64,000 bases of DNA. Source: Eledone cirrhosa. Its lineage: Eukaryota. The first letter of the stretch is position 1. Each line of letters begins with the position of its first letter. Below, one piece after another: positions 26,691 through 39,903 of this stretch. The stretch is taken from the NCBI GenBank assembly GCA_964016885.1, contig OZ024757.1, forward strand, positions 2,542,001-2,606,000, read 5' to 3'. The notes under the pieces were generated by a model. The model saw only the letters and a list, made by a program, of their open reading frames with translations, did no database searches and had not been told where the DNA came from. The translations under genes and the position numbers were made by a program.

Positions 26691-29600
26691 GTGGCTGTGT
26701 TAAGAGTAGGTTGTCTAAATGCGCGTGGCCTGGGCTCACCTTGGAAGCAAGCTAAACTTCTAAGTGACCTCAGGTCACAATGTATAAATGTGATGGTTAT
26801 CTGCCGATTTGACCTGGCCGATAGATACCGACTAGATTTTCCGACTGTGCGAACCTGGACTTGGTCAAATAACAGTGGTCAATCTAGATCGTACCTAGAT
26901 AGGTTCTTAGTTAGAATTAAGGATAGGAACTTTTTAAGTTGTCAAGAAATGCTCATGGTGGGCTATTCAAACCACAAGTTAATGACCTGCGTAGTCCACC
27001 TTGATAGAACGCATAGGCAGGGACCCGGTTACTGGAAGCTCAACTTGTCCTTACCGGCAAGTAGAGCTTACAGGGACCGGATTAGAACCTTAGTTAAGGA
27101 GCGGTTGACGGGCGCCATCGTCAACAGCAGGTGGTGGGGCTCTCTAAAAAGAGAGATTAGAGTAGTTTCAATAGGAGTTAGTAAGGAGTTAGCCTCAGAT
27201 AGGAAGGAAAGGGAGTTGGTAGATAGTGTAGAAGAGGCAATGAGAAGCGGCAACGTGGCCAGAGTGCAAGCGTCGAGAACGGCCTTGAACCAGTTCTTCG
27301 ACGCGAAACACGAAGGCTGCGTTGTCCGAAGCAAAATACGTGCTCTGGGAAACGAGGGGACCAAAGCTGTTAGCTGGGCCCGCGTGACAGAAGCGAAAAG
27401 TGGGATTAAATCCACTATCCGGTCTTTGCGAGACCAGGATGGACGGGTGATCCTTGAACCTAAGCAAATGTGCGAGGCCTTTCAAAGGCACTTTGCCCGA
27501 TTGTTCGGGAGGGGCGGGGGGCCGGTTGGAGATGTGGATTTCGGTCCATACCTCGACGGCCTGCCGCGTCTTTCGGACAAGGAGGCGAGGTCCTGCGACG
27601 GGCCGATCTCAGCTTCTGAAATAGGGGACGTGCTGAGCCTATGCGGCAAACGCAAATCTCCAGGGCTCGATGGTCTGCCCTACGAACTATATATTAATAT
27701 GCCGGACTTGTTCCCCGATCTCCTCGAGGCGGTCTACTGCAACTGGCAACAGAACGGGAGAATTCCCTGTTCTGTGACCAAGGGCGTAGTCTCGCTAGTG
27801 AGGAAGGACGAGAACAAGGGGGATGACATTAGTAATTTTAGGCCCATAACTCTGCTAAATGCAGTGTTAAAGATTTTGGCGAAGGTGTTAGCGAAGAGGT
27901 TGACGCTTGTCGTGGGGAGCCTGGTGGGAGATGCGCAGACATGCGCTATCCCGTCCAGGTCCATCCACGACAACCTCCACCTCATGCGATACATCATAGA
28001 GAGGGTTGGGAACGAACCCGGCTTTGGTGGGGCCCTGATAAATTTAGATCAGTCTAAAGCGTTCGATAGGGTGGACCATGGTTACCTGGATGCGGTGCTA
28101 GCGGCGGCTGGGTTCGGACCCGTTTTCAGGGGCTGGATCACTGCCATGCACAGCAGCCGCATCTGCTCTAGAGTCAAGGTGAACGGCTACCTTTCGGAGC
28201 CGTTCGAAATCACCCGCTCCATCCGACAGGGGTGCCCTCTCTCCTCCATTCTGTATGTATTGGCTCTCGAGCCACTACAGCGGAAGTTGGAGTTGTTGCA
28301 GGGCATCCCTTTGGAACCGGGATTGCGCAAAGCGGTGTCGGCCTACGCCGATGACGTAACAGTAATGGTGTCGACCATCTCGGAAATCGAGGCAATCGGC
28401 ACCTTACTGGAGGAGTACGAAATGTTGACAGGGGCTAAGCTGAACCGGGACAAGTCAATCGCTTTGCAACTCAGCGAGTGGAGGGGCAAAGCAATGTCGT
28501 CCGACGGTATCGTCGGACGGTGGACGGAGGGCCCGGTGAAGTTGCTAGGGGTCTGGTTCGGACCGGAGCTCCAGGTGGAGAAAAACTGGGGTGAGGTGAC
28601 GAATAGGGTGTTTGCACTGACCCAGAAGTGGGCCGAGTGCAAACTATCCCTGAAAGGTCGGGCGGAGGTGGCGAACGCTTACATAGCGTCCGTCATCTAT
28701 TACCGCTTGACTGTCGTGCTTTGCCCGGGTGAGATCCTCGCCAAAATGAAGCGCGCCCTCTTTTATTTCCTTTGGAAGAAGAGGTCTCCTCTGGTGAGGA
28801 GATCCATCTGCTGTCAACACCCTTTGAAAGGAGGGCTGGGGATGCCGTGGCTAAAAATGCGTAAACACGCATTGAGGCTAAGGCACCTCCAGGTATTCCT
28901 CACTGGTTAACCGGTGTGGGCCCCGTTTGTGAGGCGAGCCTTCCCGAGGCTCGTCTCGCTCACCGAGCTGCAGTCCTGGGTGAAGCAAAGACCGAGAAAA
29001 CTGGGCGACTGGCACACCGAGTGTGCCCAGGCGCTCACGGCTCTCTGGCAGGCGGACCCGGCTATCGACGGAGACTCCACCTCGTCATTCTATAGAGGGC
29101 TGGTGGTTAGCAGGTGCGACGACGCCCTTGGAGAAACCCTAGGCATGGAGGAGGACGAACTGGCCAGTCTATTCGGTAGGACTTTCGGCCCGGGACCTAT
29201 GGACAACTTCCAGAAGTCCTTGGCCTGGCAGTGCTACCGAGGGGCTCTGCCCGTTCGGGATAAGCTCTACAGGCACGGGCACCCGGGTAGGGACCCCTCG
29301 AAAAAGATCTGTCCCAGATGCGTGCGCGACGAGGAAACCGTCGCGCACGCATTGGTGCACTGCCCGGGCGTTGCCGATCTGTGGGGCTATGTCGAACAAT
29401 TGCTGTCACGGGTGGGACCAATTAGGTTGACCACCGAGTCCATTGTAACGATCAAGCCGCCTCCCCCTTCAAACATGAAGGAGAGGCGGTCTTCCTCTGT
29501 GTAATAGCCATGGTAAAAGAGGTTATATGGTGGACGCGTCTGAAAGGGCTGAAGTCGGACACCTTTCTTTCCGGCCAACCACTGGTCCTTTTCTTCCGAT

Positions 29601-29725
29601 ACCATTTCGGAAGAAGGATCAGGATGGAGAGAGAGGTGCTCCACTCCAGCCAGTTTTATGAAAGATGGGTGAAAGTTGCGAGAATGGCCCGTGTGAATGG
29701 GCCTTCTCACTACCTCAGCCTGTAA
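26691..29725 (+). pseudogene. LINE ORF2 (APE-RT-zinc finger), internal APE deletion, stop and frameshift
   Basis: LNARGL, SYLDRFLV, GYWKLN, SPGLDGLP, FRPITLLN, LDQSKAFDRVDH, IRQGCPLS, AYADDV, CPRC..EETVAHALVHC. Confidence 0.93.
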
Positions 29726-30116
29726 GTGGAAAAGGAAGAAGGGAGCACCCTCTCTTTGTGCTCCCGTGGAGAAAGGTCGCACATTTTTTCGGGGGTGTGT
29801 GTGACCCCAAAACGATCCCTCCCTATTGAGGACCTTGTTACTATTTTCTTTGTTATATTTTTCTTACTCGATTTTTATGTAAACTCCCCCCACCCATGTA
29901 CATGTCCCTTTCTTTTGTGCCCTAGTGGCAAATAAACAGAAATTAGTCTGTCTCTCTGTCAGTCAGTCAGTCAGTCAGTCTGTCTGTCTGTCTGTCTGTC
30001 AGTCTGTCTGTCTGTCTGTCTGTCATTAATTAATATAATTTCATTAAGTCCCTTTACTTTCATTTCCTCTGAGATTTCAACAAATCGCTTCACATTAATC
30101 ATCATCATCACAACTA

Positions 30117-30725
30117 TCAACACGACAACACCACCACCACAACCCCAACCACCACCACCACCACCACCACTACAACCCCTGCCACCACCACCACCACAGC
30201 CCCTGCCACCACCACCACAGCCCCTGCCACCACCACCACCACCACTACAACCCCTGCCACCACCACCACCACAGCCCCTGCCACCACCACCACAGCCCCT
30301 GCCACCACCACCACCACTACAGCCCCTGCCACCACCACCACCACAGCCCCTGACACAACCACCACCACCACCACAGCCCCTGCCACCACCACCACCACCA
30401 CCACCACCACCACCACCACCACCACCACCACCACCACCACCACCACAACTCCTGCCACCACCACTACCACAGCCCCTGCCCCTGCCACCACCACCACCAC
30501 CACATCCCCTGCCACCACCACCACCACCACCACCACCACAGCCCCTGCTACCACCACCACCACCACCACCTTACACTCCAACACCACAGCACCCCACCAC
30601 TACCACCACCACAGCTCCTGCTACCACCACCACTACACCCCAACACCACCACCACAGCACCTCACCACTATCATCACCACAACAGCCCCAACCCCCACCA
30701 CTATCACCACCACCACCACAACACC
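30117..30725. repeat. (CAC)n-AGCCCCTGC minisatellite
   Basis: Direct reading. Confidence 0.9.
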
Positions 30726-30794
30726 TTTATATGAGAAAATGCACATATGATCGACTGTGTTGCTGTGTATATATATCTATATATATATATATAT

Positions 30795-32500
30795 TAAAGA
30801 GTTAAACAAGATTCAATGAGTGTATCAAAGAATGAGTTTTACAGTAGATTGGAAGCACTCTACGGTAAATAATTTTCGAGAGTATAATGATACATGACAT
30901 GCCCTGAGATGTTAAATGGTTAAGATTTAATCAAGGTAGTGATTAACCTAAGAGAAAATTCAACATTTATACCATAATAATGAGAAAATGCGAAAACGTA
31001 ATAAATTCAATAGAGAATGTGTGAGTAAGAAAAACGTTGGTTAATGTAACAGTTATAGAGATTTTAAAATGTAGGATACTACAATTTATGTTTATCTAGG
31101 AAAACAACTCATGAATTATAACAGTCAATGAGGGTCGCTGAAAGGGGATTTAGAGAGAGGGAAAGATAAAGGGGGGTAATATATGCAGAAAGAGATTTTT
31201 TCCGAAAGCTAAACGGTTAAGTTTCAAAATATTTAATTTATGTTAGTTTAGGGTGAAGAATCAAGATTTTAGGTTTTTTTAAAAGTTGCTGGTTATTTAT
31301 ATTTATTAGTTTTATAAATTCTATAAGTGTGTTAACATTTCTAAACTTCTGAATTTTATTTAAAGGATTTACCTGGCCAGCGAAAGGAAAATTTACACTG
31401 TTGAATATTTTCCTAAATGTAAACTTTAACGAAGATAATCTATAAAAATGTCAACATTTTCGGTATGTAAAGCTTATGAAGTACTTATTGTTAGAAATAT
31501 TTAAATAACGATTATGTATATAGATATATATTAATCAGCCAGTATATTTTAGGTAAATGATAACGAATATAAAATAATAGATTGAAGCATGCTAAAGTTA
31601 AATATATACCTATATATAACAGGGTGTAAATGCCTGAATTATTCATAGTTCAAAATAAATAATAATCTAGAAATTTAGAAGTTATCTAAAATTTATGTAT
31701 AGAGAGATACAGGGAGGTATATATAGATATATATTAGGTATTAGTGATACAGTACACTTTAGGTAAATGATAACGATTATAATCTTATATAATAGAATTC
31801 GACGTGTTACAGTTAAATACATACATACATATAAGAAAAACAATAATAAATGCATGGATAATTCAGAGTTCAAAATAAGGTCCATAATAATTTATAGTTT
31901 GGATATTTGCTCTATATTTGAATCATGGATATAAAAATATAAAAATACAGTAGGTATATTTAAAAACTTACAAAAGATAATTACATACATATAAATAAGA
32001 AATCAAAAATGTAAACACATGAAAAATTCACAGTTAAAAATAAGTTCCATAAAAATGTACAGGGTTCGATATTTAAACTAAAATTTAAAACTTAGATAGG
32101 AAAATAAAGATAGAGAAATAATGGTATGGATTAAAGTTAATAATATTATGTTATGTATATCAACGTGCCAGCATGTTATTGAACAAGTGTCATTCATTCG
32201 AGCGTTATTTCTTCTATAGAGAGTTATAAGATAATATTAAAGGCCATTAACCAACGTTTTTCTTACTCACACATTCTCTATTGAATTTATTATGTTTTCG
32301 CATTTTCTCATTATTACGGTATAAATGTTGAATTTTCTCTTAGGTTAATTACTACCTTGATTAAATCTTAACCATTTAACATCTCAGGGTATGTCATGTA
32401 TCATTATATTTTGTCTGATGAGGACGTACTGTTGTACCTCCGAAATATGTATAATAAAATTTAATTGATCAAAAGATCATCTATTTTATTAATATTTGTA

Positions 32501-32505
<5 letters not shown>
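30795..32505. mobile_element. AT-rich PLE-type unit bounded by ~160-bp inverted repeats (30881-31043 / 32247-32408)
   Basis: Inverted arms, (TA)n on both sides, hammerhead adjoining the right arm. Confidence 0.6.
32408..32460 (+). ncRNA. minimal type-I hammerhead ribozyme
   Basis: AUUUUGU-CUGAUGA-GGACGUAC UGUU GUACCUCC-GAA-AUAUGUAU-A-AUAAAAU. Confidence 0.85.
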
Positions 32506-32559
<54 letters not shown>

Positions 32560-32805
32560 GAAAATAAAGAAATTAATGTGAGCAAGAAGCCAACAGTATT
32601 TCATAATATATAAGTGACTATAACGTCAAGATGGAAAATATTTAACGTAAGATATGGGAAAATAATTCAAACTAAATTAAAAAAAAGTCAAGACAAAAAT
32701 TTTATCCACAGATTTTGTGAAATCCAGGGAAAAAACCAATAGAGTCTTAACTCAGAATAAAATTAAGGTTAAATACTTATGCTTCAATTTGGAAAAACTA
32801 CAAAT

Positions 32806-32886
32806 GCTCTATATAGTCTTAAAAAGACTATTTCACGAAACTTTTCAGTGGGCTTAGTCACGGTTGGAGTCGTTCATCAGTAGAGC
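32806..32886 (-). ncRNA. type-I hammerhead ribozyme with a full stem III
   Basis: GCUCUA-CUGAUGA-ACGA...UCGU-GAA-AUAGUCUU UUU AAGACUAU-A-UAGAGC. Confidence 0.85.
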
Positions 32887-32911
32887 TCAAACACGATAAC
32901 CAAAACTAATG

Positions 32912-32971
<60 letters not shown>

Positions 32972-33110
32972 ATAATAATAAATTTGAAGACTAAAATCCA
33001 AAGAGGGCTCGATAAGGATCCTAGAGCAAATATTTATTAAATATTATTCAGAAGATCCCGTTAAGGGTGAAATCACCGATTCTTTGCTTAAACTTTAATC
33101 TGTTAGTTTC

Positions 33111-33171
<61 letters not shown>

Positions 33172-33172
33172 A

Positions 33173-33675
33173 AAAACATATGTAATATGTTATTAAATAT
33201 GTTATAATGCAGCACTGATTCTTTGTTCTTTTATTCTTATAGTATGATACTCTGCTCTGCAAGAGCATATCGAGTGCTCACCCGGCATACCACCCACGGC
33301 CGCAATAATCTTGCACCTCTACACCTATATATATAGGTGTATATATATATATAACAAAGGAATTGTGGTAAGGAACCAGATGGACCATAACGCACCAGGG
33401 TACTCAATACTTAGGGTAGTAGAGTGGGAAATAGGAAAAAGTATGACCCCGACGGCAGAGCTCAAGCCGTTTCGACGGCTATTTCTGGACTAAATTAGAA
33501 TTTTTAGCTTTAATTCACCAGGCTAAAAAGTCTAATTTAGTCCAGAAATAGCCGTCGAAACGGCTTGAGCTCTGCCGTCGGGGTCATACTTTTTCCTATT
33601 TCCCACTCTACTATCCTAAGTATTGAGTACCCTGGTGCGTTATGGTCCATCTGGTTCCTTACCACAATTCCTTTG

Positions 33676-33735
<60 letters not shown>

Positions 33736-33898
33736 CTATATATATAGGTGTAGAGGTGCAAGATTATTGCGGCCGTGGGTGGTATGCCGGGTGAGCACTC
33801 GATATGCTCTTGCAGAGCAGAGTATCATACTATAAGAATAAAAGAACAAAGAATCAGTGCTGCAGCATAACATATTTAATAACATATTACATATGTTT
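33173..33898. repeat. long palindrome, ~330-370-bp arms, hairpin spacer 33501-33529
   Basis: Arms differ mainly in internal (TA)n length; each contains a hammerhead 3' half GAA-ACGGC..GCCGU-C-GGGG. Confidence 0.95.
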
Positions 33899-34314
33899 CA
33901 CTGTCGATCAGCTCGCGGAACGATATATTAGTGATCGAACCTGACTCTGGAATCGAAAGATTCTCAGATATGCTTCAATATGTAAGCGCGTCTCTGATGG
34001 TTCCTTTATTCTTATACTATATATATATATGCGTGGGGACATGGAAATACTGTCCTACACCAACACACAAAAATAAGATGGTGTAGAACAGAACTTTTGA
34101 TGTTGTCAAAAGAACTTTGACAATAAATAAACAATAATCCGGTTATCGAACCAACTAACCGGAAAATTATAATGAGTTGAAGTGAAAACGAACAGGTGCG
34201 TGTGTTTTTATTGGCAACATGACCCTCTCAAAGTATAAAACACATACACACGCACACGCAAACCCACACGCACACGCACACGCACATACACACACTTATA
34301 TATATATATATATA

Positions 34315-34878
34315 TCATAAAACATGTCTATAGAATCACCAGATAAAATATATACCGTTTCCTCTCCCAATTAGCATAATTAACCATATAAAAAATCGAT
34401 TAGACCAAGCTATAAGAATAAAGGCTTCTATGAAGAAATCTCCGACAAATAACAGAAAGCATCCCTTCGCGGCGGTTGCGACGGAGTATTTATCGAGTAT
34501 TTCGACAGCGTGTATAAATCGACCAGATATACAGTCAACTAAACAGAATTAGGTGTAAAATAAACTAGGAGAAGAGTGAACATATTTAGTTACCTCTACC
34601 ATGGTTTCGTCCGCATTTTAAGATATCCGATAATATTGGACATCTGTTTAGTTGACTGTATATCTGGACGATTTATACACGCTGTCGAAATACTCGATAA
34701 ATACTCCGTCGCAACCGTCGCAACCGCCGCTTTCGGTTATTTGTCGGAGATTTCTTCATAGAAGCCTTTATTCTTATAGCTTGGTCTAATCGATTTTTTA
34801 TATGGTTAATTATGCTAATTGGGAGAGAAAACGGTATATATTTTATCTGGTGATTCTATAGACATGTTTTATGATATA
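34315..34878. repeat. inverted repeat, ~235-bp arms
   Basis: 34315-34547 vs 34642-34878; spacer holds a hammerhead 3' part on the minus strand. Confidence 0.92.
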
Positions 34879-34986
34879 TAGCTCTGATTATTTAATTTAT
34901 TAACTCTTCATCGAGCCACAAGTTGACCCGTTGCAAAACACATATATATATATATGTATATATATATATGTATATATATATATATG

Positions 34987-35093
<107 letters not shown>

Positions 35094-35302
35094 TCAGCGA
35101 GAATCGCATTTCGGCGGCTAGAAAAAGCGAAAGGAAACGCAAAATCAGAGTTATGCTGGCAAGCGATCCATAGTTAAAAAACCCAGAGCTAAACAATATG
35201 TTAAAGCGCCATACAAACTGAAAAAGTGGTCAAGAAGGCATTAACCACCTAAGCCAAAAAACAAGTCAAGCTAAACAGGTCAAACAAAATAAATGATAAA
35301 AT

Positions 35303-35368
<66 letters not shown>

Positions 35369-35561
35369 TATATATATATATTTAATACATTAACAGAGAA
35401 AGCTTTAAGCTTTACTCTGACTGGTTTCCATCTCACTCAACAAACATTAGGATATACCTTAGTATAATCCCAATTTTACGTTTGGGGTGCTAACTATATG
35501 TATTTTGCGGATAGCCAGTTGTATTATTTTATATGAGACATAATTAAAATACATCTCCCTT

Positions 35562-35683
35562 TCCAAACAATTGTTTCATTATAAGTTTTCTACAAGTTGG
35601 GAAAAATGTGTCCAGGTTATGTAGAAGCCTGCACATAGTCCGTAGGAATATATGCAGGTGGGCACTTATAAATCATCAGTGGA
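35562..35683 (-). ncRNA. type-I hammerhead ribozyme with 95-nt branched stem II
   Basis: UCCA-CUGAUGA-U[UUAUAAGU..two hairpins..ACUUAUAA]U-GAA-ACAAUUGU-U-UGGA. Confidence 0.75.
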
Positions 35684-36293
35684 TGCCCGTCAAACATCGA
35701 TATAAAAAAAACTTTCTTACCGATATTCAATATTCAATGTCTAGCGATGGTCCCTCTCCGTATCAGAATGACCGCCAAATTTGAAATTCCAGCAGTCTCA
35801 GAATGAGAAATTTCACACTGTCCTCAAGCGGAAAGGGGAGGTCATCGCGAAACATAATAAAATAATATGCACGCGGGTCAATTAATTTTTTCAATAATTT
35901 TAACCTTGCATGTGAAGAACTCAATTAAATTTAAAAAAAATAAATATATGCATGTATTATTTATACACGCATATAGGAATTTTCTTAGGCTAAAAACAGA
36001 GATAAGATACCAGAATAACAATCAATATTTCATAGTAATAATAAATACGGAAAGTTACACTTAAAAGGTATCTGGAAATATTCATCTCTGGCCAAATCAA
36101 GAGTATAATATTTAATACATTAACAGAGAAAGCTTTAAGCTTTACTCTGACTGGTTTCCATCTCACTCAACATATGATATGATTCCAGTTCCTCAGTGAA
36201 ATAACAACCCAACCAGGAACTGGGCATATCAGAGTATTGACAAAATTATACACCTCAACAACATATGTACTTGTCTATACCACACTAATTGGG

Positions 36294-36348
36294 ACTGCCT
36301 GAAGAGGTCACAGCCAAAGATGGCTGTCACCGAAATATATATAGCAGT
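36294..36348 (+). ncRNA. minimal type-I hammerhead ribozyme
   Basis: ACUGC-CUGAAGA-GGUCACAGCCA AAGA UGGCUGUCACC-GAA-AUAUAUAU-A-GCAGU. Confidence 0.9.
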
Positions 36349-36414
36349 AATAAACGAAGCTAAATTTTAAACATTTGACTTTTATTTTACTTTATTTTAT
36401 ATATATATATATGC

Positions 36415-37372
36415 TACACACACACACACACACACACACTTGTCTTAATAGGCATTTGAACTGTCAACAGGCTGCGGTTCGCACACACATCCCTGCTGAC
36501 CATTATCACAACAACGAACACTTTACTACTACTACTACACACACACACACACATATGTGTTGTGAAAGAGTCATTTCTCAGTCAGCCGACACAAACCTAC
36601 ATTTGGCGCAAAATCAATTTTTTACATTCAAATGACCTCTACCGTCCAATCAAAATTATTTTGACCACAAGAATTTTTGCAACACGAATTGGCGCAAAAC
36701 TTATTTTAATACCGCTGGAGCCACTTTTTTAACATAAAAACAGGTAGAATTCCCAAAACTAATCAGATCAGAGCAAACATCACGGACGCTCTATCTCAAA
36801 ATTATTTTTGAAAAGCATTAGAAATGCGCAACCGGTAAAACTTAAAACCAAAACTGAATACTAACCAATACAATTACTAATTCTCACTTATTCCTAATTA
36901 AACTATTTTTCACTGTGAACAATTTGTCAGCATTTTCTATTCCGTTTACCAATATATAATAACTTGTGTGTTACACCTCTATTCTTTTAAATATATATAA
37001 ATATATATATTAGTAAAAGGAAAAGAAAATGCTGACAAATTGTTCCCAGTGAAAATTAGTTTAATTAGGAATAAGTAAAAATTAGTAATAAGTATTGGTT
37101 ACTATTCAGTTTTAGTTTTAAGTTTTTACCGGTTGCGCATTTCTAATGTTTTTAAAAAATAATTTTGAGATAGAGCGCCCGTGATGTTTACTCTAATTAG
37201 AGCAAACATCACGGGCGCTCTATCTGAAAATTATTTTTGAAAAACATTAGAAATGCGCAACCGGTAAAAACTTAAAACTAAAACTGAATAGTAACCAATA
37301 CTTATTACTAATTTTTACTTATTCCTAATTAAACTAATTTTCACTGGGAACTAATTTTCACTGTCAGCATTA
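36415..37372. mobile_element. fragments of the PLE 3' tail (family B), direct and inverted
   Basis: 36415-36990 matches 54840-55420; 37010-37200 is inverted; 37192-37370 and 38175-38400 are direct copies. Confidence 0.8.
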
Positions 37373-37529
37373 ATGGAAAATTAATTGCCTATTCACCCAA
37401 GGCGACTTCACTTTTTATTAGGACTTTTGCATCAATTGGTGAACATACGACGAAACTGTTTCAGAAAGGAGGGATAAACATGCCAATCTATGTTTAGAAT
37501 GCCGAGCAACGCCGGGCCATTCTGCTAGT
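37370..37529 (+). mobile_element. Helitron 3'-end fragment
   Basis: CCGAGCAACGCCGG hairpin then CTAG|T; reverse complement of 38931-39090. Confidence 0.8.
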
Positions 37530-37543
37530 ATTTATATGAAACA

Positions 37544-37608
<65 letters not shown>

Positions 37609-37886
37609 AGTATGTATACGTAAATACATATATGTATACAGACGTACAGCAGTATGTATATACATACATGCACATATATATATATATATATATATGTACG
37701 TATGGGTTTACCGAACATTTATTATAATGTTCGGTTTGTTTGTAAACAAACATATATATATGTGTACATGTATGTATGTATATAAATACTGTTGTACGTC
37801 TGTATACATATATGTATGTACGTATACATACTTACATTTACGTATCAGCCGTACTAAGAGTGAGAAATGAAATTTCATTTTTTTCC

Positions 37887-37954
<68 letters not shown>

Positions 37955-38414
37955 CAAAATATTAATAAATGAATACATTCGCATAATCAAAATATATGTT
38001 TTATTATATATATTGCGGAGGTACTGTGGAATTGAACCATCCAGAAAACTTCTTTGTTGGGTGCTTTTAATCTATTGTAAAACTATATTCATTGAATAAC
38101 CATTTGGTTATATATATATATATATAAATGTAAGTAAGTATGTATACGCACATACATATATGTATACAGACCTAATTAGAGCAAACATCACGGGCGCTCT
38201 ATCTCAAAATTATTTTTGAAAAGCATTAGAAATGCGCAACCGGTAAAAACTTAAAACTAAAACTGAATACTAACCAATACTTATTACTAATTTTTACTTA
38301 TTCCTAATTAAACTATTTTTCACTGGGAACAACTTGTCAGCATTTTCTTTTCCTTTTACTAATATATCACAACTCGTGTGTTACACCTCTATTCTTTTAT
38401 ATATATATATATAT

Positions 38415-38876
38415 AAATGGAAAAAAATGAAATTTCATTTCTCACTCTTAGTACGGCTGATACTTAAATGTAAGTATGTATACGTACATACATATATGTA
38501 TACAGACGTTTTCGGTACGCCCGGCCGACTAACTCACTTGATATGCAAATTAGGCTGCTCAGCCGTTAATATGCATAAAGAAAGTATATACTTTCAAACG
38601 TTCAATCATCTGACAGGAAGGTATACGATGCTGACGATAGCTAATAAGCTTGAAACTAGTTCATCGGTCCTTTGTCAGTGTTGAACAAAAGGGCAACGAT
38701 GGTTGCCGAACACTGTATGACTTAATTCGGGCTGTTTGTTTACAAACAAAGCGAACATTATAATAAATGTACGGTAAACGCATAGGTACATATATATATA
38801 TGTGCATGTATGTATATATATACATACTACTGTAGGTCTGTATACATATATGTATGTGCGTATACATACTTACATT

Positions 38877-38880
<4 letters not shown>
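38415..38880 (+). mobile_element. PLE-type non-coding unit (family C) with 5'-inverted 3' end
   Basis: 38415-38508 is the reverse complement of the family 3' end (37795-37890); a second copy lies inverted at 40490-41010. Confidence 0.75.
38626..38666 (+). ncRNA. minimal type-I hammerhead ribozyme
   Basis: CGAUG-CUGACGA-U AGCU AAUA AGCU U-GAA-ACUAGU-U-CAUCG. Confidence 0.82.
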
Positions 38881-38907
<27 letters not shown>

Positions 38908-38930
38908 ATATACATTGTTTTATATATATA

Positions 38931-39625
38931 CTAGCAGAATGGCCCGGCGTTGCTCGGGATTCTAAACATAGATTGGCATGTTTATCCCTCCTTTCTGAAA
39001 CAGTTTCGTCGTATGTTCACCAATTGATGCAGAAGTCCTAATAAAAAGTGAAGCCGCCTTGGGTGAATAGGCAATTAATTTTCCATTAAGATTTTTCAAA
39101 AGCATGTAATTGCGTTCCCTCTCTTTTTTGTTGTTGTTTTTGCCGCTGTCGCGCCTCGTGAAACAAATACGTTTGTTTATATGTTGTTATTGTGTATGCA
39201 AAAATATCTGTACACAAATCTGTACACAAATATATAAATATATGTATGTCCGTTTAATTTGTCAAGGTGTACTTTTTCTCAACCTGATTAGTTCTATCGT
39301 TGCTTTGGTATACATTGTGTGTTAGTTTAGCCTACCACAATGTTCGATTTGTCAAGCTATTTAAACGTATGTTATTACTCTAAGGACCTACCTTATCGAG
39401 TGCTTTGCTAATGCATCACTTCATATAAGTAGGCCGAATTCACTTGCAAACCGCCAGAGATTCTATTTTACTGATTTCCAATTATAAGTATATATATATA
39501 TATATTAAAATATCAGATTAAAGTTTAAGCAAAGAATCACTGCTTTCACCCTTAAAGGGATCTTCTGAAGCTAAAAAAATCAATCTTTGAACGCAGAAGT
39601 AAATATTTTGAAAAATGTTACACAC

Positions 39626-39659
<34 letters not shown>

Positions 39660-39903
39660 GATAGTGTCATAATGTAGTAATACAGACAGATATTATAAGG
39701 GCACGACGTTGTAGCTATGTATCTATCTAAAAGGACAGGCTAAGAGAGATAGAGAGAGATCGCTAAATCGTCTAAATTTGAAATATTTTTTTATCAAAAC
39801 ACTCATACTACCACAAAACAATCGGTTGGGTGGTTCTCGAGTTTCAGGGAGTCAGACAGACAGACATTCTCTGTTTTAGAAATATATATATATATATATA
39901 AGA
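38931..39903 (-). mobile_element. non-autonomous Helitron
   Basis: 5' A|TC-T(TA)n-TTTCTAAAACAGAGAATGTCTGTCTGTC; 3' CCCGAGCAACGCCGGG hairpin + CTAG|T. Confidence 0.78.

Larger units (their letters stand above)
24711..29945 (+). mobile_element. L1/Tx1-clade LINE, near full length, inactivated
   Basis: Two-ORF layout: ORF1 with CCHC knuckle, ORF2 with APE, RT and C-terminal zinc finger; AATAAA near 3' end; (GTCT/GTCA)n on both flanks. Confidence 0.92.
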
